This document shows positions 63,616 through 64,000 of a stretch of DNA of 64,000 nucleotides, piece by piece. This DNA comes from Octopus bimaculoides. Lineage: Eukaryota. Position 1 is the stretch's first letter; each line of letters starts with the position of its first letter. The DNA is taken from contig NC_069004.1 of the NCBI RefSeq assembly GCF_001194135.2, forward strand, positions 31,474,775 through 31,538,774, read 5' to 3'. Under the pieces are notes generated by a model that was given only the letters and a program-made list of their open reading frames with translations, had not been told where the DNA came from and did not search any database. A program made the translations under genes and the position numbers.

Positions 63616-63993
63616 GGTGGTGATAATGATGGTGATGGTGATAATGGTGGTGGTGGTGATGATGACTGATGATGATGGTGATAGTGATGACGATGGTGGT
63701 GGTGATGATAATGATGGTGATGGTGATAATGGTGGTGGTGGCGATGACGACGCTGATGATGATGATGGTGATAGTGATGACGACGGTGGTGGTGATGATC
63801 ACCTGAAACATCTACTCTCACCTGATAGAAAAATGGGTTCGGCTCTGATTCGCCGACACCGTTGAAGTCTTGTACATCGACAAGCTGGTAGTCGTAGACA
63901 AATCCTGCGTTGGCCATTTGGAACTCTGGTGAAACCAAAACATGAGGCAGATTGCCAAGTTTGCGGTACCTCCAGTTATACAGGTTACTCAAG
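59279..63993 (-). CDS. AQR: Intron-binding protein Aquarius (SF1 spliceosomal RNA helicase), 3' exons; gene continues beyond the window end
   Basis: Phase-consistent exons 63993-63822, 63060-62890, 61980-61895, 61696-61585, 60697-60635, 59401-59279 give [18 protein letters not shown]...[134 protein letters not shown], the recognisable AQR C-terminal helicase region. The terminal exon and stop are not resolved. Confidence 0.95.
60055..60250 (+). mobile_element. Short RTE-like LINE relic (AQR intron)
   Basis: [19 protein letters not shown] resembles the RTE motif FFRATVESVLLYGSETWT. Confidence 0.5.
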
Positions 63994-64000
63994 CTGCCAA

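Overview
AT-rich, repeat-dense eukaryotic draft-assembly window with about 20 N-gaps. The SINE families and TA/CA/GAT microsatellites suggest an octopus (cephalopod) genome; this species call is an inference. Three intron-containing genes can be assembled by hand from splice signals. (1) A + strand STAND/NACHT-type P-loop NTPase with C-terminal TPR-like repeats and a long acidic tail: 16 exons traced over 16114-34196, 5' end not found, probably one exon lost in a gap. (2) A - strand DM-domain (Dmrt/doublesex family) transcription factor: 2 coding exons over 47596-42014, about 311 aa, with a divergent recognition helix and no recognisable DMA domain. (3) The 3' part of the spliceosomal helicase Aquarius (AQR): 6 exons on the - strand, 63993-59279, continuing past the window end. 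Between and inside the genes are many tRNA-derived SINEs, relics of RTE and R4/Dong LINEs, Tc1/mariner, Tigger, hAT and Helitron remnants, and minisatellites. The most unusual elements are the divergent Dmrt, the NTPase-TPR gene, an orphan 104-codon exon-like ORF (12050-11744), a 171-bp Mutator-like MITE with 9-bp TSDs carrying inverted telomeric repeats, a ~330-bp tandem array with opposed tRNA-like motifs, and a perfect 53-bp palindrome. Most ORFs in the supplied track are artefacts of microsatellites, SINEs or N-runs.
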